From assembly GCA_963665125.2 (NCBI GenBank), contig CAXXUK010000001.1, positions 96,001 to 160,000 on the forward strand: a DNA stretch of 64,000 nucleotides, in the 5' to 3' direction. The position numbers and the translations under genes were made by a program. This stretch comes from an uncultured Desulfarculus sp. (GTDB lineage: Bacteria; Desulfobacterota; Desulfarculia; Desulfarculales; Desulfarculaceae). Position 1 is the first letter of the stretch, and the number at the start of each line of letters is the position of its first letter. The notes under the pieces were generated by a model. The model was given only the letters and a program-made list of their open reading frames with translations, was not told where the DNA came from and did not search any database. This document shows positions 39,054 to 48,395 of the stretch, in pieces.

Positions 39054-40256
39054 ATGTCCGTTGAGTCCTTTGACCAATTTGCGCTAAGCGCTCCCTTGAA
39101 AGGCGCCTTGAGCGCACTAGGGTATAAAACCCCCACCCCTGTACAGTCCGCGTCCATTACGGCGGTGCTGTCGGGGCGCGACCTTTTAGGATGTTCCCAA
39201 ACCGGCACAGGCAAAACCGGCGCTTTCGCCTTGCCCCTGCTGCAGTTACTTTCCAGGACCGGGCGTCGTCCGGCGCGGCATCAGGCCCGTTCCCTTGTGC
39301 TTACCCCCACTCGCGAGTTGGCCATGCAAATAGCCGCCAGTTTCAAGGATTACGGGCGCGGCTTGCGACTGAAACTGGGTGTGATTTACGGCGGCGTGAA
39401 ACAGTCCCCCCAGGTGCGTTCTTGTGCCAACGGCTTGGACGTCCTTGTCGCCACCCCGGGCCGGCTCCTTGACCTAATTGTTCAAGGCCATTTGTCTCTG
39501 GCATCCTTGGAAGTGTTTGTTCTGGATGAGGCCGACCGCATGCTGGACATGGGCTTTTTGCCAGATGTCAGGCGAGTCTTGGCCATGATCCCCGCCAGGA
39601 CTCAGACATTGTTCTTCTCGGCCACCATGCCGCCAGCCATCGAAAAGCTAGCCACCAGCATCCTGCACAACCCGGTGCGAGTGCAAATAGCTCCCTCGGC
39701 CACTCCTGTTGAGCGCATAGAGCAGCAAGTTCTGTTTGTGGAGCAGAACAAAAAGCTTACTCTTTTAGGTGATCTGCTTGGAGGGGCCGGCACCGTGCGC
39801 GTTATGGTGTTTGTCCGCACCAAGCACGGTGCCGACAAACTGGTGCAGCAGTTGCTGAAGACGCACGTAAGCGCAGAAGCCATTCACGGCAACAAGTCCC
39901 AGAACGCCCGGCAGAACGCTTTGGCTAACTTCCGCAACGGCCGCACCAGAGTCCTGGTGGCCACGGATATAGCCTCGCGCGGAATCGACGTGGAGGGCGT
40001 ATCCCATGTCATCAACTACGACCTGCCTAACGAGCCGGAATGCTATGTGCACCGAATCGGCCGAACCGCCCGCGCCGGCGCTGTTGGTGTGGCTATATCC
40101 TTCTGCAACTCTCATGAACGAGGTCACTTGCGCGGAATAGAAAGACTGATGCGGCGATCCGTGCCGGAATACGGCTCTGTTGCTTTGAATCCGGCGGTTA
40201 GTCCTCTGCCTCGGAACAGGCATTCACAAAGGCGCGCCCCCAGTCAGTCCGCCTGA
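39054..40256 (+). CDS. DEAD-box RNA helicase (RhlE-like)
   Basis: QTGTGKT, PTRELA, TPGRL, DEAD, SAT, HRIGRTAR. Confidence 0.95.
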   Translation: MSVESFDQFALSAPLKGALSALGYKTPTPVQSASITAVLSGRDLLGCSQTGTGKTGAFALPLLQLLSRTGRRPARHQARSLVLTPTRELAMQIAASFKDYGRGLRLKLGVIYGGVKQSPQVRSCANGLDVLVATPGRLLDLIVQGHLSLASLEVFVLDEADRMLDMGFLPDVRRVLAMIPARTQTLFFSATMPPAIEKLATSILHNPVRVQIAPSATPVERIEQQVLFVEQNKKLTLLGDLLGGAGTVRVMVFVRTKHGADKLVQQLLKTHVSAEAIHGNKSQNARQNALANFRNGRTRVLVATDIASRGIDVEGVSHVINYDLPNEPECYVHRIGRTARAGAVGVAISFCNSHERGHLRGIERLMRRSVPEYGSVALNPAVSPLPRNRHSQRRAPSQSA

Positions 40257-40279
40257 TTCCGATCCCAAACGGACCGGAT

Positions 40280-40972
40280 ATGCTGGTAAGGTTACACATG
40301 TCAAAAAAATCGCCTCAGGAATGCTCCTGCCTCGGGATCAACTTCTACCGGAGCCGGCACCCACGCATCCGATCGCTTAAGCGCCAGCACTCCCCCTCTA
40401 CCTATGGATACAGGGTTTGGGGGTCCTGCTGGTTGCTTATGGATTATCTCAAGGCCATGGGGCTGCCTCGCGGCCTCAAGGTCATGGAGGTGGGATGCGG
40501 TTGGGGATTGGCAGGGATATTCTGCGCACAGAACCTGGACGCGGAGGTGACAAGCGTGGACATCGATCCAGAAGTCTTCCACTATCTGCAGTTGCATGCG
40601 GAACTCAATCAAGTCAAAGTCACTACCATGCACAAGCGCTTTGAAGAACTTTCATCAATGGAGTTCGAGCAGATAGATTTGTTGATCGGAACGGATATCT
40701 GCTTTTGGGACGAGCTGTCGGGGGCTTTGCTGAGAATGATTGATCGAGCTCTGGCCTCTGGGGTGCGGCGAATTGTATTGGCGGACCCGGGCAGAAGCAG
40801 CTTCGAAAAACTGGCTTCCTCCTGTAAGGCCGCCTATGTGGCCAACGTTTTTACCCTGTCCGTCCGAAAGCCTCATGATATCATTGGCCGCATACTGACA
40901 ATAACCAATCAAGAGAAGCTTAGAGATAAGGATGGCCGTAGCGGGCAAAGGCCTGACATTTCAACGCAGTGA
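40280..40972 (+). CDS. Class I methyltransferase (Methyltransf_16, protein-methyltransferase-like)
   Basis: YGYRVW, MEVGCGWGLAGI, LIGTDICFW, LADPGR; start uncertain. Confidence 0.75.
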   Translation: MLVRLHMSKKSPQECSCLGINFYRSRHPRIRSLKRQHSPSTYGYRVWGSCWLLMDYLKAMGLPRGLKVMEVGCGWGLAGIFCAQNLDAEVTSVDIDPEVFHYLQLHAELNQVKVTTMHKRFEELSSMEFEQIDLLIGTDICFWDELSGALLRMIDRALASGVRRIVLADPGRSSFEKLASSCKAAYVANVFTLSVRKPHDIIGRILTITNQEKLRDKDGRSGQRPDISTQ

Positions 40973-41284
40973 TTATTTGCCGTTTGCCTTGGTAGTGGGG
41001 GCTACTAGAGATCCACGATCCCAGGTTGTTCACTCTACGGCTCGTTTCTCCCGAAAGCGGCTGAACGCTTTTAAGCCGGCTGGCAATGTATGGCAACAAT
41101 GAATGACGATTACGCCACCTCCCTTATCTAGGGGCCGTGGAGAGGTCAGTCTCACCAGTCGGCTATACCTTTAATTGCATAAATGTGTATTATTACGGTT
41201 GCTGCAAATTTTGTGGCCACGGTATGTTTCACCATGATAGAGCTGACACCCTCTCCCTTTTCACAAAAAATTGATGTTAAAAAA

Positions 41285-41394
41285 ATGACGATAGTGACGA
41301 TATCATATATATCAATAGTATATTTTCTTAGTGGTTTTAATTTTTTTCATAATTATGAAATTAGAAAACATCGTCATCATCGTCATGTCGTCAT
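41285..41394. repeat. Inverted TGACG/CGTCA iteron-like arrays flanking an AT-rich core
   Basis: ATGACGATAGTGACGAT ... ATCGTCATCATCGTCATGTCGTCAT; internal 16-bp palindrome TTTCATAATTATGAAA at 41345-41360. Confidence 0.65.
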
Positions 41395-41920
41395 TTGAAT
41401 TTAAAAATTTATCATTACATCCACAACCCCCAATTTTTGTGTAGAGAAGGGATGGTTAATTTATTACTTCCAAAATTACTTATTATTAATAGAACTATTT
41501 TGCAATTGATTATTAAAAGGTAGTATTTCGTCTCATTTTGACATGTGCACTATTAATTTTATAAAATATCCTTAACCCCAATACTAAGGACATTTTGTGG
41601 CTGCAAAACACACCTAAATATTGCGATGGAATAAACTTATTGAATAACTTGAATTCGTGTGATTTGGCTTTATTGTTGCATTAGTAGATGATTTGTGGTT
41701 CAAATTATGATATCAAAAACTAGCTTTCCGTTGGTCCAAATCGCCGAGCTATTTCTTGTTCTAAAATTCTATCTATTGAATATGTTATGGTTTTTAGATT
41801 ATTGAATAATCCAATTATAAATTGTAATAAACCTCATTATTTGCGACAATATACGTGACTATGTGATACGCTAAACTGGTAAATTTAATAATTTATTAGC
41901 GGCATCATTTGATAACATCT

Positions 41921-42241
41921 TCAGCTCAGTGCTTCGCAGAATATCATCACAGTCCGTAATTTATCAGTGTCCATATCATCCATTAATCTAATAACGCATT
42001 CGCGTAACTCACGGTCGCTTAGGCTAAAATCACCGTAGTTAATAAGATCTGGCAGGGGCGTGTCCAAGGCACCGGCTAAGGCCAACAATGTCTTGAAAGT
42101 TGGATTGGCTGTTCCCCGCTCGATATGACCCATGTGCTTCAGCGAAATATCAACACGCTCCGCTACCTGTTCCTGAGTCAGCTTCCTGGCTTCCCTAATT
42201 CGCCGTATTTTCAGGCCAAGTGCTTGCTGAGCTGGTTTCAT
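41921..42241 (-). CDS. XRE-family HTH transcriptional regulator (C-protein-like)
   Basis: LGLKIRRIRE..LTQEQVAE..IS......IERG..NPT; AAGGAGG RBS. Confidence 0.9.
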   Translation of the reverse strand: MKPAQQALGLKIRRIREARKLTQEQVAERVDISLKHMGHIERGTANPTFKTLLALAGALDTPLPDLINYGDFSLSDRELRECVIRLMDDMDTDKLRTVMIFCEALS

Positions 42242-42284
42242 ACAAATCCTCCTTAAGAGAGGATAAGGTTATGTGGCCCCTAAG

Positions 42285-42306
42285 TTAAGGACATAAAAGT
42301 CCTTAA
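42285..42306. promoter_or_regulatory. Palindromic operator upstream of the XRE gene
   Basis: TTAAGGAC-ATAAAA-GTCCTTAA. Confidence 0.55.
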
Positions 42307-42469
42307 GATGTTGCACCGATAACCTGTCATGCCTATACTCACTATTAATGAGGACATTAGGTGGCATATTGGGTTGGCCACCAGAAAACCGAAGTTCTCT
42401 GCCCGTTAGCTTAGCTACAGCAACTGAGCGGTAACAGTCGTGGCTTCCGATACGAGAGGTGGTTGGAAC

Positions 42470-43624
42470 ATGTCAGGCCCTACAGACTTAGAGAGCCAAT
42501 CGCAGGACATGCGGATTCTCCACCTTACCAGCGATATTCAAAATTCCGCGAGTGCGTCAGCAACTGGCCAGATGATAATGCATCAAGCCAATTATCAAGG
42601 GGTGAGCCCTACCCTGGCCGAGATGGGGCACGGTGCTCTCCGCGTTAGTTCTTCCGGTGACAGCGGCTTCGCACGTATTTCCCTGGATAAACCATGCACG
42701 GGTTCGTTTAGGAGGCTTTTACGGGACATTGGCACCGTTGTCAGCCGGAAAAATGTCGATGTCATACACGCCCACGACATAACGGCAGGATTTTATGCGT
42801 CAATGGCGGGAATTCGGAATTCCATCCCGACTGTACTGACCCGCCATGCTTTAGAACCTTCCGAATCCATTTTACGCCGCATTATGCGAATGGCCGTTTC
42901 GCAAATGTGCGCACGCTCTGTGTGCACTACCTCGCAGATTGTTGCCCAAGCCGTGGGAGAAGATTTCTCATCCGCTAAAAAAACGGTCCTAATCCCGGAT
43001 GGTGTCGTCCTAGGTGGGCATTCTCACGACAGTCAGCATCGAAATAAAGCCAAGGCTGCTCTACGGGTACCAGATGACGCCTTGGTAATCATGGCGGTCG
43101 GCGGGTTTAACTCCCCGGATGGCCTACTTGAAAGCCTAATCAGGGCCATCAGCCCGCTAACAGCTAACCACAAGAACCTCAAACTGGTGCTGGTGGGAGA
43201 TGGCCCGGCTCGAAGCTACCTTGAGAAGCTCGTGGATGCACTGGTTCTGAAAAAGTACGTCGTCTTTGCGGGCGAAACGGATGAAGTCAAAAACGTGCTC
43301 AGCGCAGCTGATTACTTTGTTTCTGTTCCAGACAGGGGCTGCTGCCTGAAAAACACTCTGATGGCCATGTCCTGTTCACTGCCTGTGATCTGCTGCTCCG
43401 GCAACAGGGAAATATCCGGTGTAATCGGCGACGGAGATAACGGCCTAGTGGTGGGAGATGGTGATGTTGATGCCCTGGCTGAAGTACTGAGACGAGTGGT
43501 CACCGAACCACGCCTGGCAACCTCGCTTGGGGATGCCGCACGGCAAGTTGTTGAGAAGCGTTTTACCTGGGAGCAAGTCCACTTCCAATATCTGGAAGTA
43601 TATCGCGGCGTTCTGCGCTCATAA
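42470..43624 (+). CDS. GT4-like glycosyltransferase with atypical catalytic motif
   Basis: DVIHAH, LVLVGDGP, VVFAG, LPVIC, NGLVV; E-x7-E motif absent. Confidence 0.75.
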   Translation: MSGPTDLESQSQDMRILHLTSDIQNSASASATGQMIMHQANYQGVSPTLAEMGHGALRVSSSGDSGFARISLDKPCTGSFRRLLRDIGTVVSRKNVDVIHAHDITAGFYASMAGIRNSIPTVLTRHALEPSESILRRIMRMAVSQMCARSVCTTSQIVAQAVGEDFSSAKKTVLIPDGVVLGGHSHDSQHRNKAKAALRVPDDALVIMAVGGFNSPDGLLESLIRAISPLTANHKNLKLVLVGDGPARSYLEKLVDALVLKKYVVFAGETDEVKNVLSAADYFVSVPDRGCCLKNTLMAMSCSLPVICCSGNREISGVIGDGDNGLVVGDGDVDALAEVLRRVVTEPRLATSLGDAARQVVEKRFTWEQVHFQYLEVYRGVLRS

Positions 43625-43649
43625 ACAAATCCACCTAAAACGGAGAAAT

Positions 43650-43808
43650 ATGATGGCAAAAAGATACAACGAGTGGGGTGAAGAATTGACTCCTGAAGAA
43701 GAATATGAAGAAGACGTCAGAGAAGATGACCGAAAATTCCGAGAGCGAAATGGCCTAGAAGATGACGACGATTATGCCGCTTGGCAAAAAGGAGAAAACT
43801 GGAAATAA
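43650..43808 (+). CDS. Small highly acidic protein (52 aa)
   Basis: GGAG RBS; MMAKRYNEWGEELTPEEEYEEDVREDDRKFRERNGLEDDDDYAAWQKGENWK. Confidence 0.55.
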   Translation: MMAKRYNEWGEELTPEEEYEEDVREDDRKFRERNGLEDDDDYAAWQKGENWK

Positions 43809-43889
43809 TTCACCCAAAAACCTTGGCCGGAATTTTTCCCGGCCAAGGCTATAGAGCGCCCCAGGAAGACCGTCATCGTCATCGTCATC
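43761..43889. repeat. Second inverted GATGAC/GTCATC iteron-like array downstream of the NTPase gene
   Basis: GATGACGACGAT at 43761 and CGTCATCGTCATCGTCATC at 43871-43889. Confidence 0.55.
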
Positions 43890-44102
43890 CGTACTGGCCA
43901 TCCAAGATGTCTGGGCTTCCGTTGACACACGGGCTGATAATGATCCGGATTGTACGTGATGGTTCCGTGGCCTTGGGCAAGCGCAATCCACCCGATGTTT
44001 TCCAAAATCCGGCAACTCACCTACCTTTGACGTTTTCGCGTTGGTTGTTACGACATGCGCTGCCTGCGAAAATCTGAATGATGCTCACGTGAGTCTCCTT
44101 TT

Positions 44103-44143
44103 AAAAAATGGCGTGACACCGGGCTCGAACCGGCAGTCACGCC
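44103..44143 (-). terminator. Terminator-like hairpin with tRNA T-loop
   Basis: Minus strand GGCGTGAC-T-GCCGG-TTCGAGC-CCGGT-GTCACGCC-A-TTTTTT, 47 bp after the NTPase stop. Confidence 0.65.
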
Positions 44144-44189
44144 GTGTGAAAAAAACTATGCGAACGCTTGAGATTGCCTGATTGTGTAA

Positions 44190-46184
44190 TTAATCGTTTT
44201 GGTCCGAAGGGATACCTTTAGTAATCGTAATCGTTCTGGCAGTTGACGACCTGCCCAATTCAACCCTTATGCCCTTTCTTTCCAAAACGGGGATGCCGGT
44301 GTTGATTTTCCGGCTCAGGGCGTTACCTTGCGTGGGCCAACTGTGGGTGTTTAAATTGGGGTCTCGATGCCTCTCAAGCAGTCCGAGAAGTTCTGTCGTA
44401 GATCCCGACCATGACGTGTGGGTTTCCATGAAATTTGCAATGGCTGACAACACGGGATCGTTCTTGATCGCTAACGATGCAGCGTTTTTGTGGTTGTCTG
44501 ATACGGCTTCTAGAAAACGAGTGCCTGACCACCCGAGTGCTTCTTCGGCAGCTGAAACCCATTTTGCAGCGTCGGCCATACGGGGCAAATAGGGAAGCGA
44601 CACTGATGAATAGTTCCTGAGAGCTGTGGTAATGGCTGAATATAGCCCTCCAAGTATTTGAGGCCGTTTTTCATAAAAGGCTGCCTCCATTTCCTTTAGG
44701 GGCTTTCTAGCGTCTTCGGGCACACGACCCAACTCAATGAAAATTGTCCGATCAAGTAGATCATTTTTCACTATGAAGTTGTTGATTCCGTTCAAAATCA
44801 CAGGGTTAGCTGACTCTATAATGAATTCTTCATCGTGGGTGTAGAACTTGCGCGTCGCATACCCGCCTCCGGTTGCCAAGATGCAGAGCGTATCGGGCAT
44901 ATTCGAATTCAAGCTTGATATGTTGTCGAAATTTAACAAGTAGTTATTGAGGGCTGACACCATAAGGTCATCGGTCTTGTCCGGAATGTGTTTGGCAGTA
45001 CTCTTCGACGGGTCGATTAACATATGAAGGAACTTGGCCATTGACGATTTGCCGGAACCAGCCGGTCCATTGATAGCGAGATGGTAATAAGGCCCCCCTG
45101 GCTGCAGACAATTGATGAGCCAACCTGCTATTAATTCACCAGTTTTATCCTCCTGGCAGTTAATCAAGCCCCGTAACAGCCCAAGGTCGCCCGGAACGGG
45201 ATCGGGAAGCGGCAACATGTTTGGTTTATGGAGCATGGGTACCGGCGACTCCGCGACGTTCGAAAAGCCGGTTCCATCGATCCTGATGGCACCCCATTTG
45301 CCGTCAGCTTTGTTGATGTAGATTGCGTCGTCATGCCGTGCCACCCTTAGGAAGACTCCTGTGTTGCTCATAGCGCCGCTCTGCTGCTTAATACGGATCA
45401 AACGCCTGAAGCTGTCCAAGGCCCTGGGTGGCGCTAGGGTACCGTACTTGTTAACGCAGTAGCCTTCGAATGCGGTTTCAAATTGGGTGGAGCTGATGTT
45501 GTAAGTGGCGAGATCTCCATTGACGCGCATACGGATGAAAAGCTGGCCTTGATGCGCAATGTGCTCTATGACCATTTCATCCAATGCTTCTTGGGCTACT
45601 TGCTGATCTCTTGGTACCTTCGCCTCGTCAGCCCGTTTATCTTCTTCTTGGATGCTGGCCTTGGCACGATCAATTTCCTTCATCATGTGATCTTGTACGT
45701 CTCCGGGCTTTTCCCGGTATCGTTCGCCAACTGCGTACTTTTTGAAAATGCCAATAATCTCTGAGTCGGAGGAGCCTGAACGTATGAGGGCCTTGATGAT
45801 CTCAAACGCGGGTTCTGATCGCTCGCCCTTTTCGCCTACTCCGTAAAGAATTTGTTTTTTGAATTTATTTGGGATATCAAGATCTTCCAGCGAAATATCA
45901 ACGCTCTCAATTCCATCACCTGGCTCCGGGTTATTGGAAGTCACATCGTCATTACCGTCATGATCGTCACCTATTTCATCGTACATCTGCTTCAAGAAGT
46001 CAGGTGCAGGTGCGAAAGCATCTCGCTCCGGTTGGCTGACTACTGGTGATTCCGCCATGTCTACGTCTTGGGGCTCATTATCTTCTTCATCCATGTAGGT
46101 TTTGTCGGTGTGATTGAGTCCCATATGGGGAGGCGTTGTCGAAAATTCGTCGGCTTCATTATTCTTTTTCAATTTCTGCTCCAA
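44190..46184 (-). CDS. P-loop NTPase, putative replicative helicase of the island
   Basis: GPAGSGKSS Walker A, LNFDNIS Walker B, ATGGG..RKFY, LNGI...DLLDR; adjacent to the prim-pol gene; start uncertain. Confidence 0.75.
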   Translation of the reverse strand: MEQKLKKNNEADEFSTTPPHMGLNHTDKTYMDEEDNEPQDVDMAESPVVSQPERDAFAPAPDFLKQMYDEIGDDHDGNDDVTSNNPEPGDGIESVDISLEDLDIPNKFKKQILYGVGEKGERSEPAFEIIKALIRSGSSDSEIIGIFKKYAVGERYREKPGDVQDHMMKEIDRAKASIQEEDKRADEAKVPRDQQVAQEALDEMVIEHIAHQGQLFIRMRVNGDLATYNISSTQFETAFEGYCVNKYGTLAPPRALDSFRRLIRIKQQSGAMSNTGVFLRVARHDDAIYINKADGKWGAIRIDGTGFSNVAESPVPMLHKPNMLPLPDPVPGDLGLLRGLINCQEDKTGELIAGWLINCLQPGGPYYHLAINGPAGSGKSSMAKFLHMLIDPSKSTAKHIPDKTDDLMVSALNNYLLNFDNISSLNSNMPDTLCILATGGGYATRKFYTHDEEFIIESANPVILNGINNFIVKNDLLDRTIFIELGRVPEDARKPLKEMEAAFYEKRPQILGGLYSAITTALRNYSSVSLPYLPRMADAAKWVSAAEEALGWSGTRFLEAVSDNHKNAASLAIKNDPVLSAIANFMETHTSWSGSTTELLGLLERHRDPNLNTHSWPTQGNALSRKINTGIPVLERKGIRVELGRSSTARTITITKGIPSDQND

Positions 46185-46549
46185 ATTTGCTTTGTTATGA
46201 CCGCCTGCACGGGGCAGGCGGAGTTGGAAGGCCTGCTGCTACTACAGGCGCTTGTCTTTGGAGCGATCACCGCTATTCGATATCTTGGATGGTCCGTCGT
46301 GCCGACCGTCTGGTTGGTGGCCTCTCTGGGCCATCTGATTGCAGCTGTTTTGGCAGCTGGTTTGTACTCGGTTCCTCCTTTCCGGGAGAGGCATCGGCTG
46401 CCGAAGGTTTAGTTCCGGAAGCCGGTGCCGCCCGGTGCCCAGCTTGCATGACCGGGAACACAAAGATTATCTAAATTGTTAGACGGATATTGATATCCAC
46501 GGGGTCGACAACATCAGCCATCTGAAGCTGACCGGTGGTGCCGTCACCG

Positions 46550-47032
46550 CTACACGAACGGCAAATCGATCTTTGACAATTCCCGGTCCGCCACTATTCG
46601 ATAGAGCTTTTTGGTATCGGGATGAACAGAGCCGGGGCATACGGCACATCCGCCATCACCACGGATGTCAAAACCCTGTTTTTTGAAGGACTTGCTGCCA
46701 TATGCCCGCTCGCCATCGGGATATTTATAATAAAGGTGGTAACCCTTGCCGGTTTTCACGGCAAAGGTGGCGGCTAACTTCCAGCGTTTTTGTTTCATGG
46801 TTTGTCTGAAGAGGGCCACATCATCAATATCTATTACGATAATTCCACTTGCTGGACCGCATGCGGTCACCGCATTGCGTCCCACAAAGTCCTTTGGGTC
46901 GAATGGCCGCTTCTCCCGACACCAACGGGTCCATCCCGTTTCGGTTGGTTTCTTGCCGCTGGCGGGGACCAACGAGAAACCGCGCTGGGCCATCATCTTG
47001 AATTGGGATAAGTCACTTTGAGCAAAAGTCAT
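46550..47032 (-). CDS. Bifunctional DNA primase/polymerase (Prim-Pol) domain protein
   Basis: KKP, IIVIDID, KTGKGYHLYY, DIRGDGG...PGSVH; AAGGAG RBS. Confidence 0.88.
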   Translation of the reverse strand: MTFAQSDLSQFKMMAQRGFSLVPASGKKPTETGWTRWCREKRPFDPKDFVGRNAVTACGPASGIIVIDIDDVALFRQTMKQKRWKLAATFAVKTGKGYHLYYKYPDGERAYGSKSFKKQGFDIRGDGGCAVCPGSVHPDTKKLYRIVADRELSKIDLPFV

Positions 47033-47444
47033 TTTTGTTCTCCTTGTGTCGGTAACCGGTATGTTCACAATTGGCGCGACACTGTAAAATGTAATGTAAA
47101 TTAATAAGTTAAGGCAATATATGGCCATCCCATCAATCCTCCCTGCGGATGGAACGGGCTGGGGTGTATTAGCTATTTGTCGTGGTTTGTCTTGATCGGT
47201 TGGACAAATGCGTGGCTGGGACCAACCATAAGGCGAATAGACCGACAGTCTAAATATCTAGGTACCCAGATCAGGTCTCTTTTATAGTTTGTCATGAATG
47301 ATTTAGCGTGCCGATAGTCAATAGAAATATTTGTACGTATATCATGTTGACATTAAAGCATAATACAGAAAATAGTTGACATGTCAAACATTCAAGGTTG
47401 TTTAATTTTAACACCGTTTACCTTTCCCCTTGTTTGGAGCAACC

Positions 47445-48119
47445 ATGGCAGCGTTCGTCAATTTTTCACCTGGGCGTATGAAGTCAGCTAAAGTGGGCTA
47501 TGAAGAAATGTCTGATATTGCAGCGAAAATATATAGAACTGATAAAGGTAGCCGGATTACAACAGTATTGTCCTACGCTGTTCGGTTAACATTTTTACTC
47601 CTGCTAAGGAGGAAACAGGTTTTTGAACTGACCAGGGGGATTGCATCCGGACCAGATTATAGCCAGACCGCACCTCTTCTACGCACCGTACATACTGCTG
47701 AGATGATTTGTTACTTGAGCGGGGTTGAGGAATGGCCACTTCGCGAAGACTACTCAAGGGGTTGCTTGGACATTACTAAAGATAACAAACTGTCATGTTG
47801 GTGCAGATCAATCGAACATATAGCGCCATGGCAAGAGTACTATGAAAAATTAGTAGCCCTTTATGGGAACAACGCTGATGAGCCGTTGTTTCCTAATGAG
47901 AATGGGAAAAAATACTATGCTTCGAGATTCGGAGAGCGTCTAGCAAAATATACTGGCTATACATTGCGGGATTTCAGGACATTTGGCCTCTTTTTCTATT
48001 ATGATCGGCTCATCAGGCAAGGATTCCGACCCCGAAACGCCATTAGTGCCCTGGCGAAGTTGACGAATCTTACCGAATCCTATCTAATCGGGCGATTTAC
48101 AGGGCATTATGGTGCTTGA
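47445..48119 (+). CDS. Divergent tyrosine-recombinase-fold protein
   Basis: LLLRRKQVFEL (box I-like), EPLFPNENG, TLRDFR (HxxR-like); similarity is weak. Confidence 0.45.
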   Translation: MAAFVNFSPGRMKSAKVGYEEMSDIAAKIYRTDKGSRITTVLSYAVRLTFLLLLRRKQVFELTRGIASGPDYSQTAPLLRTVHTAEMICYLSGVEEWPLREDYSRGCLDITKDNKLSCWCRSIEHIAPWQEYYEKLVALYGNNADEPLFPNENGKKYYASRFGERLAKYTGYTLRDFRTFGLFFYYDRLIRQGFRPRNAISALAKLTNLTESYLIGRFTGHYGA

Positions 48120-48322
48120 CTTTTTTGTGGAGGGGGCAAGTCTAGTATGGTCAGATTAAAGGCTGATCTCTGTAATAATGATGCGGGTTTGCCGTACGGA
48201 ATGAGTGGTAATCATGAAGTTAACTACTGAAAAAACTGGCCAAGCTCCAGGTAAATACGCGCACCATCCTCAATACCACAAATGCTCCGCAAAGCCTGGT
48301 CGATTCTTTTGGGTAAATGCCA

Positions 48323-48395
48323 CTTGACAATAAACGCAAACATCTTGACAATAACACAAGCTAAACTTTCCAATAGGGGTGGCTATGCTTGACAA
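48323..48395 (+). promoter_or_regulatory. Phased CTTGACAA direct repeats
   Basis: CTTGACAATAA at 48323 and 48344, CTTGACAA at 48388. Confidence 0.55.

Noticed and set aside
40990..41165. Type I toxin-like leader on the minus strand (CCTCTCC anti-SD with AAGGGAGGTG)
   Set aside because: No start codon with a hydrophobic peptide ORF follows the SD-like sequence
43755..44015. ORF with a poly-Asp tract (and the opposite-strand HRHRH ORF)
   Set aside because: The tracts are by-products of the CGTCAT hexamer repeat
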